DNA from: Macrostomum lignano
Taxonomy: Eukaryota
Direction: 5' to 3'
Length of the DNA: 64,000 bases
Assembly: GCA_002269645.1 (NCBI GenBank)
Contig: NIVC01001791.1
Location: forward strand, 1-64,000
The position numbers and the translations under genes are program-made. The notes beneath the pieces are model-generated. The model had not been told where the DNA came from, made no database searches, and saw only the letters and a list, made by a program, of their open reading frames with translations. Shown in pieces: positions 23,265 through 36,186 of this stretch. Positions within the stretch are counted from its first letter, which is position 1. Every line of letters starts with the position of its first letter.

Positions 23265-24796
23265 ATGCGAACCTTCTCCACTCGCAGGCTAAGTCCCGAA
23301 TCTGCGGTCATCGCCGCCCCGAGTCAACAGCAGCAAACGTTTGAGAGCAGCACCATTCGTTTCCAGTATTCAACTTCCAATCCATCGCCGGCTAATAAGC
23401 AATTCATGGACTATAATCCTAGCCATGGACTGCAGACTGGACTGGCCCTGCTGGCGGTACTATTCGCCACAATGCTGTACCTGGTCTACAGAGCCAGATG
23501 TCGACGAAGGTCAGAGCGTCTTCTTGACGCTGCTATCGCTCGATCTCGTTTGAACTCGACAGCTTTGCCGAACTTCTTAAGCCTGCCGCAGGCGCCTCAC
23601 CCGCCGCCGCCACAACAGCAGCAGCAACAGCAGCAACAAGTTGCACCTCAACTGCCTGTCACTGCCAACAGTAATGGAGTTGTAACTCGAACAGACCGAG
23701 CTGAGAACTGGCTGCTGCTGCAGCAACTACCCGGTGGATTACCTGGCGGCTGCACCGGTCGCTTGTGCCTATCGAATCTGAACTTACCCAGTCAGGATTC
23801 GATGCTTGGATTGAAGCCGGCTCACAGATCCTTGATGCAGCAGCATGTGAGACATTATACTAGCTAATAGACACCCAACTGCACCTCCTGACACCCAACT
23901 GCACCTCCTGACACCCAACTGCACCTCCTGACACCCAACTGCACCTCCTGACACCCAACTGCACCTCCTGACACCCTACTGCACCTCCTGACACCCAACT
24001 GCACCTCCTGACACCCTACTTCAGCTCCTGACACCCTACTGCAGCTCCTGACACCCTACTTCAGCTCCTGACACCCTACTTCAGCTCCTGACACCCTACT
24101 TCAGCTCCTGACACCCTACTGCAGCTCCTGACACCCTACTGCAGCTCCTGACACCCTACTGCAGCTCCTGACACCCTACTTCAGCTCCTGACACCCTACT
24201 TCAGCTCCTTACATCCTATACTGCAGCTCCTGACACCCTACTGCAGCTCCTGACACCCTACTTCAGCTCCTGACACCCTACTTCAGCTCCTTACATCCTA
24301 TACTGCACCTCCTGACACCCTACTGCAGCTCCTGACACCCTACTGCAGCTCCTGACACCCTACTGCAGCTCCTGACACCCTACTGCAGCTCCTGACACCC
24401 TACTGCAGCTCCTGACACCCTACTGCAGCTCCTGACACCCTACTGCACCTTCTAACACACTATTGCACCTCCTGACACCCTACTGCACCTTCTAACACAC
24501 TATTGCACCTCCTGACACCCTACTGCACCTTCTAACACACTATTGGACCTCCTGACACCCTACTGCACCTTCTAACACACTATTGCACCTCCTGACACCC
24601 TACTGCACCTTCTAACACACTATTGCACCTCCTGACACTTCAGGTCAGCGGCGGCAGCCGACACCGCAGCTTGGACCTGGCATCCGTGGCGGAGGAGGCC
24701 CGCAACCACAGCGTTTCACTGCCCATCAAGTCACCAAAAACCAGCGTGGAACGAAAATTGATTTTTAGCAAGCCGCCTGAAGCTGCTGTGATTTAA
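23265..24796 (+). CDS. Orphan single-pass membrane protein, 2 coding exons (~244 aa)
   Basis: Exon 23265-23846 (the ORF is open from 23241) contains DYNPSHG, a hydrophobic segment LQTGLALLAVLFATMLYLVY, basic RARCRRR and a poly-Q run. Donor CAT|GTGAGA joins acceptor CACTTCAG|GTC and a phase-0 exon 24644-24796 ending PPEAAVI*. Confidence 0.6.
23870..24638. repeat. 20-bp minisatellite filling the orphan gene intron
   Basis: Unit CTGACACCC(A/T)ACT(G/T)CA(C/G)CTC, with TTCTAACACAC variants near the 3' end. Confidence 0.92.
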
Positions 24797-25001
24797 AGTC
24801 AGTGCAGCGATTGAGCCCACGCAGCACGCAGAGGCCGCAATCTGCGACTTAAAACTGTGTGCAATGCAAACTCACTGCTTCAGAACACTGTTCTTGACCT
24901 CTCCTGACGAAGCAGTCAGGAGAAGTATCCTGAACCCCAACTGCTTCCACTGACCTCCAACTGCTTCTACTGACGCCCGACTGCTTCCCCTGACTCCCAA
25001 C

Positions 25002-25174
25002 GGGTTGCTTTCACAAACGCGAAATTTCACAACCGCTAAATCACCTACTTTCACAACCGCGAAACTTCACAACCGCTAAATATCATCTACTTTCACAACC
25101 GCTAAAAAGACTGCAGTATATGAAAGTAAGTGCAAAATTTTTAGCGGTTATGAAATTTCGCGTTTATGAAACCC
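25002..25174. mobile_element. MITE-like element with ~35-bp imperfect TIRs
   Basis: gggttgctttcacaaacgcgaaatttcacaaccgctaaa versus ttttagcggttatgaaatttcgcgtttatgaaaccc. No clear TSD. Confidence 0.55.
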
Positions 25175-27006
25175 ACCCCTCCCAACTGCTTCCACAGACA
25201 CCCGACTGCTTCCACTGACACCGACTGCTTCCACTGATACCTGCTTCCCCTGACATCAAACTGCTTCAACGGCACCCAACTGTTTCCCCTAATACGAGAC
25301 CCAATCGTTACCCAAAAGCCTATTGTTACAGCCAACTTGGTGTCAATGAAGTTAACTGCCTCCATGAAGTTTAAGGTACATTATTGTGACAATGTACCCC
25401 TTCGTAGTACAGCTGTGTACATACTGTATACCGTTTTGGTGTACATATATGTAAAGCGATCGCATCATTTTTCTGCGCATTTGTTAATCAGGAAAACAAA
25501 CAATATTCAACATTGTAAACACTGATTACACTGTAGGTCATGGTGTGTATACACTCGTTACTTTTGCATGCTGCTATTTCTTCTGTACTTTAATATTGCC
25601 TGTAAACTAATGAGGTTTGCTGCCTAATGTTGATTGGGAACCGGTGGAATCTGGCATGGCCAGTCAAGGTAGTGTTATCTTTCCTCCTTTAGCTGCAATA
25701 CATACAAACTTCACTACTTCGGGGCAAAAGTTCTTTATTCAGTCCTTATATAGAATTTCACGTCGAATTACCTGACCCTTCGACAAGCTTTTATAGAACA
25801 GCTGCTGGGGCAAAGTTCTTGTTGGCTCCTGACAGGCTGCACACACTGAACTAAAACTTCACTCTTTCAATCGCTTCTGGATCTGCTGAGTGGCACATAG
25901 TAAATTTCAGCTAGTGCACACATAGATCGAATCCTGTACCTTACGTTACGTCAAAGAGTAAAAAGCAAGTTATAAGCGATTCCATTTAAAAAAGTATAAC
26001 AAAAAATCAACGACTTCTAAGTTCTACTACTCCTAGCTCTACATTAGTGTATCGTAGTACTGGACTGGTTTAAACATATTAAATCTAATATTAATTATAT
26101 GTGCTCAGTGCTCGCAAATAAACTGCATTTTTTCATAAATTAAATATTAGTAGTGATTAACGAAATATGTTGAATGTGCCGGCTAAAATAAAAAACAATC
26201 ATAAAAATACAATAGAGAGTAAGTATAATTACAATTTAAATAAAAAACTGAACAATTACCTACTTTTGTTTATTAAAAGATTGCGTTGCTTAATTCAAGG
26301 ATTAGCGATGCATGAGGAATTAAAAGATAAGATTAAAAGAGAAAAGACAATTCATAAAATCATTGTATAGTTGATTGATAATTAGACGTACCTGTAGCTA
26401 CATTTAGATAATTATGCTTGCTCAGTTAGAACTTATTTATCTAAGTGATCATTTGTTTTAAAAGAAAATAATAAATGACGATAAAACACGTGTATTGCAG
26501 ATACATAAAGCTATGACTTATCATAGCGTAATTTTTTGTTTTTCTGCGATTATTTTTTGTTTATAGATTTATGCTAACTTATAGAATTCATTATTTTTAT
26601 TAGAATTTTCTAAAAAACTAGAACTTTTTTATTATAAACTAATTGCTATCACTAAATATAGACGAAATAAAAAAATTTCATCATTTTTTACCGGCCTTAT
26701 AAATTTGATATTACTTAGCTAGCTACGTATGCAGTGTAGCTAAAGAAATTAATCATAGTTTTTAGCAAGAATTAAAAGAATTATAGCTATTAGCATAACA
26801 ATAGGGAATAAATTTAAGCCACCGCCACCAAAATATCATGCAAGTACATAGTCTGTGCGGTTAGTCATTTCGTAAAGTTTCAGTCGTAAGCAGAAAAATT
26901 ATTTAGCTATACCAGTTAATTAGATGTTAAACGGTATAGAGGTTAAGCCGTTTTAAACAAATTAAGCCAATCATATTTCAAACAAGCTGCTAAAAATCAT
27001 TAAAAT

Positions 27007-30000
27007 TCATTCCTGCTCGTCAAATGGTTTCTCCTGGGGTAGAACTAGCAAAAACTTCTGCACAAAGTAAGTAATGCCATCTGAAATTCATAAAGTACAT
27101 ATGTACGTGTACGTTTAATATAATTAACAATTGAAAATACATTTTGTTTCAGCTTCGAGAACTCACCGACTTTCTGCTGCAATTTGGTTGGCTTAGATTT
27201 CCACATGACACCAAATACATAAAAGGGCAAACCAGTTAACATGATGACCACAGACAGTATGCTTTCTTTAGGCGATTTCACAAAAGTGATAATACAGATC
27301 AATAGAGTGATGACGAACAATGTGATTGGCACACCGATTGGAAGCTGGATAAAAGTTAAGATTTCAGTTTAGAATTGAGTCAAGTATAAGGCTTTCTGTA
27401 TGTTTACATGTAGAAAAAGAAAATTTTGCCCATTACTCATACACATAACCTAGTCTAATTAACAGGTGTTCACATTTACACAGCCAATAGTAAACAGCAG
27501 TTGTTTCTACCTATCGCCATTGGAACAAAAAGTTACAAAGAATGCTCACTCACCTTCAAAGGTCGCACCAGTTGTGGCTGCTTGAATCTCAAATAGAGCA
27601 GGCAGCCAATAGCCATCAGTACGATTGACATGAAAGCAAACCCGGTGAGCTCGATGAGGTAGTCTAACTGGTTAGTGAATAGCTGCTGAAATACGACTGT
27701 GCAGATTCCCTGAGGGTGGGGTTACAGCTGCACATGTACTCTTTGTATCCAATTAGCAAGGTCAGCTCCCATGTAGATCTATTTGAAGCATTGAGATCTC
27801 TAGATTGGATATTGAGATGGAAGTCTTTGAAAAAATATAAGGGCCTGCAGATGCGATACTCTAGGATCTGTCTGTAGATGAGATCCTCTAGGGTCTGTCT
27901 GTAGATGAGATCCTCTAGGGTCTGTCTGTTGATGAGATCCTCTAGGGTCTATTTGTAGATGAGATACTTGAGGGTTGTCTGTAGATGAGATCCTCTAGGG
28001 TCTGTCTGTAGATGAGATCCTCTAGGGTCTGTCTGTAGATGAGATAGTCTAGGGTCTGTCTGTAGATGAGATTCTCTAGGGTCTGTCTGTAGATGAGATC
28101 CTCTAGGGTCTGTCTGTAGATGAGATCCTCTAGGGTCTGTCTGTAGATGAGATCCTCTGGGTCTGTCTGTAGATGAGATCCTCTAGGGTCTGTCTGTAGA
28201 TGAGATCCTCTAGGGTCTGTCTGTAGATGAGATCCTCTAGGGTCTGTCTGTAGATGAGATCCTCTAGGGTCTGTCTGTAGATGAGATAGTCTAGGGTCTG
28301 TCTGTTGATGAGATAGTCTAGGGTCTGTCTGTAGATGAGATCCTCTAGGGTCTGTCTGTAGATGAGATCCTCTAGGGTCTGTCTGTTGATGAGATAGTCT
28401 AGGGTCTGTCTGTAGATGAGATCCTCTAGGGTCTGTCTGTAGATGAGATCCTCTAGGGTCTGTCTGTAGATGAGATCCTCTGGGTCTGTCTGTAGATGAG
28501 ATCCTCTAGGGTCTGTCTGTAGATGAGATCCTCTAGGGTCTGTCTGTAGATGAGATCCTCTAGGGTCTGTCTGTAGATGAGATCCTCTGGGTCTGTCTGT
28601 AGATGAGATAGTCTAGGGTCTGTCTGTAGATGAGATCCTCTAGGGTCTGTCTGTAGATGAGATAGTCTAGGGTCTGTCTGTTGATGAGATAGTCTAGGGT
28701 CTGTCTGTAGATGAGATCCTCTAGGGTCTGTCTGTAGATGAGATCCTCTAGGGTCTGTCTGTAGATGAGATCCTCTAGGGTCTGTCTGTAGATGAGATCC
28801 TCTAGGGTCTGTCTGTAGATGAGATAGTCTAGGGTCTGTCTGTTGATGAGATAGTCTAGGGTCTGTCTGTAGATGAGATCCTCTAGGGTCTGTCTGTAGA
28901 TGAGATCCTCTAGGGTCTGTCTGTTGATGAGATAGTCTAGGGTCTGTCTGTAGATGAGATCCTCTAGGGTCTGTCTGTAGATGAGATCCTCTAGGGTCTG
29001 TCTGTAGATGAGATCCTCTAGGGTCTGTCTGTAGATGAGATTCTCTAGGGTCTGTCTGTAGATGAGATACTTGAGGGTCTGTCTGTAGATGAGATCCTCT
29101 AGGGTCTGTCTGTAGATGAGATTCTCTAGGGTCTGTCTGTAGATGAGATACTTGAGGGTCTGTCTGTAGATGAGATACTCTAGGGTCTGTCTGCAGATGA
29201 GATACTTGAGGGTCTGTCTGTAGATGAGATACTTGAGGGTCTGACTGTAGATGAGATACTTGAGGGTCTGACTGTAGATGAGATACTTGAGGGTCTGTCT
29301 GTAGATGAGATACTTGAGGGTCTGTCTGTAGATGAGATTCTCTAGGGTCTGTCTGTAGATGAGATACTCTAGGGTCTGTCTGTAGATGAGATACTTGAGG
29401 GTCTGTCTGTAGATGAGATACTTGAGGGTCTGTCTGTAGATGAGATACTTGAGGGTCTGTCTGTAGATGAGATACTTGAGGGTCTGTCTGTAGATGAGAT
29501 ACTTGAGGGTCTGTCTGTAGATGAGATACTTGAGGGTCTCTAGATGAAATAGCGCAACTTGCTGAACTGTTAGAACAGCAAAAACTAAGCAGCGGGACAC
29601 ACCGCTAGACTTACCATGAAAAGCACGGACGGCACTGGCGTCAATCTAGTGGCGCTAACCATTGCCAGAGCCGAGGGAAAGTGGCCCTCGGAGGCGCCAG
29701 TGAAAGCCGCCCTAGACATGCTCAGCACCTCACCGTTCATGCTGCCAAATATGGCTATGGCAACGAATAGCGGCATGATGAAGGCTGCCGGGCCCATTGT
29801 TCGCTCGGCGAATGTCACGGCAACGGCGTGAGATGCTATCAGCTGATCGGGCGTAAGCACAGCCAAGTAAGCCAGATTGGCGGTCACATAGATCACCGTG
29901 ATCAACGATAAGGAGATCACTATAGCCAATGGGAGACTGCGCGACGGTCGCTTCATCTCTTCGGTGAGAAAGTTAAGATAGTTCCTGTGTGTGAGAGATG

Positions 30001-33000
30001 GGTAGATAGAATAGGCTTGATTCTTTAGAATGTTCTAATAGTGCTACTTGTCATTAAATTTCAGTAGTGAAGTGAAAATTTCGATGCAATTTATATTGCT
30101 TATGCACATTGACTGCATGAGATTTTATGCGAAAATAAGTCATAATTAAGTGGCGCGTAAGTAAGAAATCTAAATCATCTCACCATCCAGAAGCACCCAC
30201 CACACCCCACAGCACCCACAACTCTAAGCAACAACAATCCCACAGCATCCACTGCCCCACAGCACCCACCACCTCACAGCACCCACCACCTCACAGCACC
30301 CACCACCCACAGCACCCACCACCCACAGCACCCACCACCTCACAGCACCCACCACCTCACAGCACCCACCACCACAGCACCCACCACCTCACAGCACCCA
30401 CCACCTCACAGCACCCACCACTCCACAGCACCCACCACCCACAGCACCCACCACCCACAGCACCCACCACCTCACAGCACCCACCACCTCACAGCACCCA
30501 CCACTCCACAGCACCCACCACTCCACAGCACCTACACCACAGCACCCACCACCTCACAGCACCCACCACCTCACAGCACCCACCACCTCACAGCACCCAC
30601 CACCCCACAGCACCCACCACCGACAGAATCCTCCAAAAAAGTCCGGAGCAAGAACTCACCATCCAGCAAAGGCCCAGAAGCCCTGGTAGAAAGCGGAGAT
30701 CATGCCAACTCCGTAGTCACTTCCACTGAATGAATCTTCGAAGTTTTCCGTCTTACCCTGAGCCAGGTTGTAGAAACCGATGACGGTTACCAGAATTAGG
30801 GCGCTAACTTTGCAGATCGAAATGATGACGGCTGTTTTTGTGGCCCATTTAACGTTGATGCAGTTGATGGAGCATAGGAGCGCTGTGTTGAGTAAAAGCG
30901 AAGATTGACGAACGATCGATATTTCAGGGTATTGTGCATGGATGCTATCATTTCTATGGGGTGTTGGTTGTTGTGGTGTGGTGGGTGCTGTGGGGTGGTG
31001 AGTGTTGTGGTGTGGTGAGTGCTGTGGGGTGGTAGGTGCTATGGGGTGGTGGATGCGGCAGTTTCATGTTGATATTATGCGATTAAGTACGCACAGGGAC
31101 TACTAAAACAGCTAGTACTACCAGCCTCCAACTACTTTCTGCATGATTTGGCCAGTTTCCTGTCCCGTGTTTTAGTAGTCCCTGCGTGCGCTTAATATAC
31201 GTCACTGATTTAAGTTAAGTACAGTTTTCGTTTTCATGACTTAAACAACCCACAATTGACAATTTCACGGAATTCATTAGACTTCGGTGCTGCAGAACTT
31301 TCCAAGTTATTTTGGCACCCGACAATTGTCTAGATAGACTGAGTACGTGGCCACCTGTTGCAATAAAGTTGAGCGCCGTGAGAATTCGATCATTTTCTTG
31401 GTTTGGTCTGAAGAACCGCCGAGAGTCACAGGAGTTTAATCTGTTGGACTCTTGAATGGTAATTGGGTTCTATTGTCTGACAAAGGACTTTAGCTAATCG
31501 GATTTAGAGTCAACCTTCGGTTTTAGCCAGTCAATCAAATAAAACAATTTCCCTACAGCTAAAAAAAATGAAATTTGAGATTGTCAAAGCTAGCGCATCT
31601 CGTTATGGAAATAAATTGACTCCGATGAAGACGCAAAGTCTCAAAATAAAATATTGGCCTTAATTTTAATGCGTTCCTAGCAATCAGTAGTCTATGCTGC
31701 TAATTACTCGGATAATTAAATTTCCCGAACTTGTTTTGTAAGCTGTTTGCAAGCAAACAGCTGCTAGAAGCAACTGTCATTAACCGCATGCATTATTGAG
31801 CATTCCAGGAAATGATCGCTCGAGAGAGTTTACTCGGAGCGAGGAAAACACGTGACTCTTTGTGCTCATGGACAGAGGCTCTTCCAAGTGCCAACAAGTT
31901 GTGTAGAACCAGAAGTCTATATCGATTGCTCACTCAATATTGCTGCAATAGCAAACAAATAAAATACATGAGCTACTGTCGAGCATATATGGTCCTATTG
32001 TGAGCATAATGCTGCGGATCGTTCTTGGCCTTTTTGAAGTTATAAATCCAAAACATACAGGCAAAAGGGGACGAATGAGGAGAGCAGAGGAGAGGAGAGG
32101 AGAGGAGAGGAGAGGAGAGGAGAGGAGACGAGAGGAGAGGAGAGGAGAGGAGAGGAGAGGAGAGGAGAGGAGAGGAGAGGAGAGGAGAGGAGAGGAGAGG
32201 AGAGGAGAAGGAGAGGAGAGGAGAGAGGAGAGGAGGAGGAGAGGAGAGGAGAGGAGAGGAGAGGAGAGGAGAGGAGAGGAGAGGAGAGGAGAGGAGAGGA
32301 GAGGAGAAGAGAGGAGAGGAGAGAGAGGAGAGGAGAGGAGAGAGAGGAGAGAGGAGGAGAGGAGAGGAGAGGAGAGGAGAGAGAGGAGAGGAGAGGAGAG
32401 AGAGGAGAGAAAGAGGAGGGAGGAGAGGAGAGGAGAGGAGAGGAGAGGAGAGGAGAGGAGACGAAAGAGGAGGGAGGAGAGGAGAGGAGAGGAGAGGAGA
32501 GGGAGAGGAGAGGAGAGGAGAGGAGAGGAGAGGAGAGAGAGAGGAGAGGAGAGGAGAGGAGAGGAGAGGAGAGGAGAGGAGAGAGAGGAGAGAGAGGAGA
32601 GGAGAGGAGAGGAGAGGAGAGGAGAGGAGAGGAGAGGAGAGGAGAGGAGAGGAGAGGAGAGGAGAGGAGAAGAGAGGAGAGGAGAAGAGAGGAGAGGAGA
32701 GGAGAGGAGAGGAGAGGAGAGGAGAGGAGAGGAGACGAAAGAGGAGGGGAGAGAGGAGAGGAGAGGAGAGGAGAGGAGAGGAGAGGAGAGAGAGGAGAGG
32801 AGAGGAGAGGAGAGGAGAGGAGAGGAGAGGAGAGGAGAGGAGAGGAGAGGAGAGGAGAGGAGAGGAGAGAGAGGAGAGGAGAGGAGAGGAGAGGAGGAGG
32901 AGAGAGGAGAGGAGAGGAGAGGAGAGAGAGGAGAGGAGAGGAGAGGAGAGGAGAGGAGAGGAGAGGAGAGAGAGAGGAGAGGAGAGGAGAGGAGGAGAGG

Positions 33001-35541
33001 AGAGGAGAGAAGAGAAGAGGTAGCGTTTAAACTGAAAGCAGAGGGCGATAGCACTGCCAAATAAACACAAGTTAACTCAGAGGTAACCTGATCTGTGAGT
33101 CTCCTGGCTTTGGGAAAGCCAGTTTAGCAACCTCAATCGAATCCAGAGGAAGACAAAAGAAACCTAACAGTCACCACTTGGCCTTCACTTCTTTCTCTGG
33201 GAGCCAGCCTTGAACCCTGGATTTCCGGTCCCTGGCCATGAATTGCCTTCCCGCTGCCAGATTAGGAAAGTGGTCGGTTGTGGGAAGCCGCGGAGAGAAT
33301 TAGGTCTGCCAGCAACAGCTGTCTCTGACCCCGCCTCTCTTCTTCTCCTCTCCTAGAGGCCGCTGCCTGGCTTACCAATTCTTGGGAAAAAGTTTTCAAA
33401 GGTTGGCTATAGTCCCGCTTGATTGCAGGAGATCCCCCTCGGGTGGTGCATCTTGGCAACAAAGGCTGAAAAGCTACGTGTAGGCAAGCTGGGTGGGGAG
33501 ATATCCTGGCATGCGTGCAGGAATCCGACCTATAGGTTCGTGCTTCGTGCATTTATCCCACTTTTAAATATGCTCGAGGCGAACGCAGTTCTGGGTTTGG
33601 AAAACTGAATTCAAACTTTTCCTTTTTTATCACCACATTTTAACAATTCAAATGTCAAGCTGAAGATGAAGCTGAGGCCACACAAGATATCCCATGAGTT
33701 CAGATGAAGCTGAGGCCACACAAGATATCCCATGAGTTCTGATGAAGCTGAGGCCACACAAGATATCCCATGAGTTCTGATGCAGCTGAGGCCACACAAG
33801 ATATCCCATGAGTTCAGATGAAGCTGAGGCCACACAAGATATCCCATGAGTTCTGATGAAGCTGAGGCCACACAAGATATCCCATGAGTTCTGATGCAGC
33901 TGAGGCCACACAAGATATCCCATGAGTTCTGATGAAGCTGAGGCCACACAAGATATCCCATGAGTTCAGATGAAGCTGAGGCCACACAAGATATCCCATG
34001 AGTTCAGATGAAGCTGAGGCCACACAAGTTATCCCATGAGTTCTGATGAAGCTGAGCCCACACAAGTTATCCCATGAGTTCTGATGCAGCTGAGGCCACA
34101 CAAGTTATCCCATGAGTTCTGATGAAGCTGAGGCCACATAAAGATATCCCATGAGTTCTGATGCAGCTGAGGCCACACAAGATATCCCATGAAGCTGGAA
34201 CCAAGTCAGTTATTGATTTACAAAATCAGTTCCCCAACAACTGTGTTTCTAAGTTGCTCGCATTCGAGTGCAAGTAAAGATTTTTCCAAGGAATTCGAGA
34301 CATTTACCGGTAAATATAATAGTTGGATCCACTTAACGTCTGCTACCATAAAAACTTGGAAAATGCCGTTTATACCGCCGATAAAAACTGCTTTCCAGGA
34401 CTGCACCACCGTTTCCTGCTGCTAGCTAATTTAACCGCACACTGTTAATGATGAAGCATTGGGATTCTGCAGATTATAGTTTCTTCTAGAAGTGTTTCAT
34501 GTTTTTTTCCTTGTGCGACTGCACCGTTTTTTATGCAGTCTTTTAAATACCACTGCCTTGTAAAGGAGAAAAGAGAGGTAAGGAGAGACAGGTAAGGAGA
34601 GACAGGTAAGGAGAGACAGGTAAGGAGAGACAGGTAAGGAGAGACAGGTAAGGAGAGACAGGTAAGGAGAGACAGGTAAGGAGAGACAGGTAAGGAGAGA
34701 CAGTTAGGCTGACAGGGACGAAGACAGGTAAGAACAGGCATGGAAGGGGCAGACAGGAGGGACAGACAGGAAGGACAGACAGGAGCAACTCACCAACAGA
34801 CAGGAAGGACAGACAGGAAGGACAGACAGGAAGGACAGACAGGAGCCACTCACCAACAGACAGGAAGGACAGACAGGAGCCAATCACCAACAGACAGGAA
34901 GGACAGACAGGAAGAACAGACAGGAGCCAATCACCAACAGACAGGAAGGACAGACAGGAGCAACTCACCAACAGACAGGAAGGACAGACAGGAGCAACTC
35001 ACCAACAGACAGGAAGGACAGACAGGAGCAACTCACCAACAGACAGGAAGGCTGTGGCCCTGGTGAGCAGCTCGGGCACGGGGCAGCCAACAAACAGCGG
35101 TGACAGGCAGTACTTGGCGAACAGGAGCGAGTTGGCGGCGTTGCTAACAGCCCCGATGGCAACAAAGGTGATCCAAAGCACCAGAAAGGCTGGCAGGGCG
35201 CCCATGACCTGCAGTACGTAGATGTACTCGCCCCCGGACCTGGGAATAGTAGTACCCAGCTCGGCGTAGCACACGGCTCCCAGTGCACTGAAGATCCCAG
35301 TAACAGCCCACATGATGAAGCTCAGGCCGACGCTCTTTGACTCTTGCAGAATGCCTTTCGGCGATACGAAGATGCCGGACCCGACGATGCACCCGACAAT
35401 GATGCCGACTCCTTGGAGTACCCCGATCTCTTTGCGCAGTTCAATCTTCTTGGCAGGTACCGGCGAAGGAGAAGCTTGGATATCAGCTTCATCTTCAGCT
35501 TTTCCTGCCGCTGGTTTGTTGTTCTCAGATTCTTTTGTCAT
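27007..35541 (-). CDS. SLC7 L-type amino-acid transporter light chain (LAT/y+LAT-like), 6 exons, 501 aa
   Basis: Exons 35037-35541, 30660-30882, 29615-29984, 27554-27709, 27167-27344 and 27007-27080 are phase-consistent (1506 nt). Motifs: GCIVGSGIFVSPKG, CYAELGTTIPRSGGEY, PLFVGCPVP (the Cys that bridges to the SLC3 heavy chain), FWAFAGWNYLNFLTEE, GSMNG. Confidence 0.93.
27865..29540. repeat. 27-bp minisatellite in SLC7 intron 3
   Basis: Unit AGATGAGATCCTCTAGGGTCTGTCTGT. It explains the spurious (QTLEDLIYR)n ORF. Confidence 0.95.
30185..30625. repeat. 15-17-bp CAC-rich minisatellite in SLC7 intron 2
   Basis: Unit CACAGCACCCACCAC(C/CT). An inverted copy lies at ~30961-31060. Confidence 0.9.
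31087..31191. mobile_element. TTAA-flanked 105-bp MITE-like element
   Basis: TIRs gtacgcacagggactactaaaaca / tgttttagtagtccctgcgtgcgc, with TTAA at 31083-31086 and 31192-31195. Confidence 0.7.
32075..33018. repeat. (GAGGA)n pentanucleotide satellite in SLC7 intron 1
   Basis: Seen directly in the sequence. Confidence 0.95.
33655..34195. repeat. 38-bp minisatellite in SLC7 intron 1
   Basis: Unit GAAGCTGAGGCCACACAAGATATCCCATGAGTTCTGAT. Confidence 0.93.
34575..35052. repeat. 14-bp array plus a 34-bp array that copies the exon 1/intron 1 junction of SLC7
   Basis: (GTAAGGAGAGACAG)n at ~34575-34700 and (CAGGAGCAACTCACCAACAGACAGGAAGGACAGA)n at ~34745-35052. Confidence 0.88.
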
Positions 35542-35942
35542 TGTTGCTTTTAGCCGCCAGTAAGTGTCTGTCTGCTTGGCTTCTTCTTTAGACTAATCCA
35601 GGGTCCGAGTGAAAGACAATTTTTATATGAACGGCTTCAGGACTTGCCCTGCTTCGATTGGCTGGCTATGGCCTTATTTCATGACGGGAGTTTTTACAGA
35701 AGAATAAGGGGGGCTTCTTGAATTGAGCTGTGCTGCTCATGTGATTTATTTGAATGATTTACTTCTAAGCGGGGCTGGGTGTTCTTGTATTGTACAGAGT
35801 TGGACCTTTTTACTATATACTACCAGTATTTAGTGCTTTCTGAGCTCTCTGAAATGTCTCTGCCACTATGCTACTATTAGTAAGACATGTGGACAATCTT
35901 TTTACGATGGATGGACCGCTAGACAGATAGATGGACTACGAA

Positions 35943-36168
<226 letters not shown>

Positions 36169-36186
36169 TAATCGTCCCTTCAGATC

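Noticed and set aside
28560-29600. 346-aa ORF of (QTLEDLIYR)n
   Set aside because: A 27-bp unit keeps one frame open by chance. It lies inside SLC7 intron 3.
33655-34195. CTGATGA in each 38-bp unit as a possible tandem hammerhead (retrozyme)
   Set aside because: No stem II followed by GAAA and no NUH-bearing stem III.
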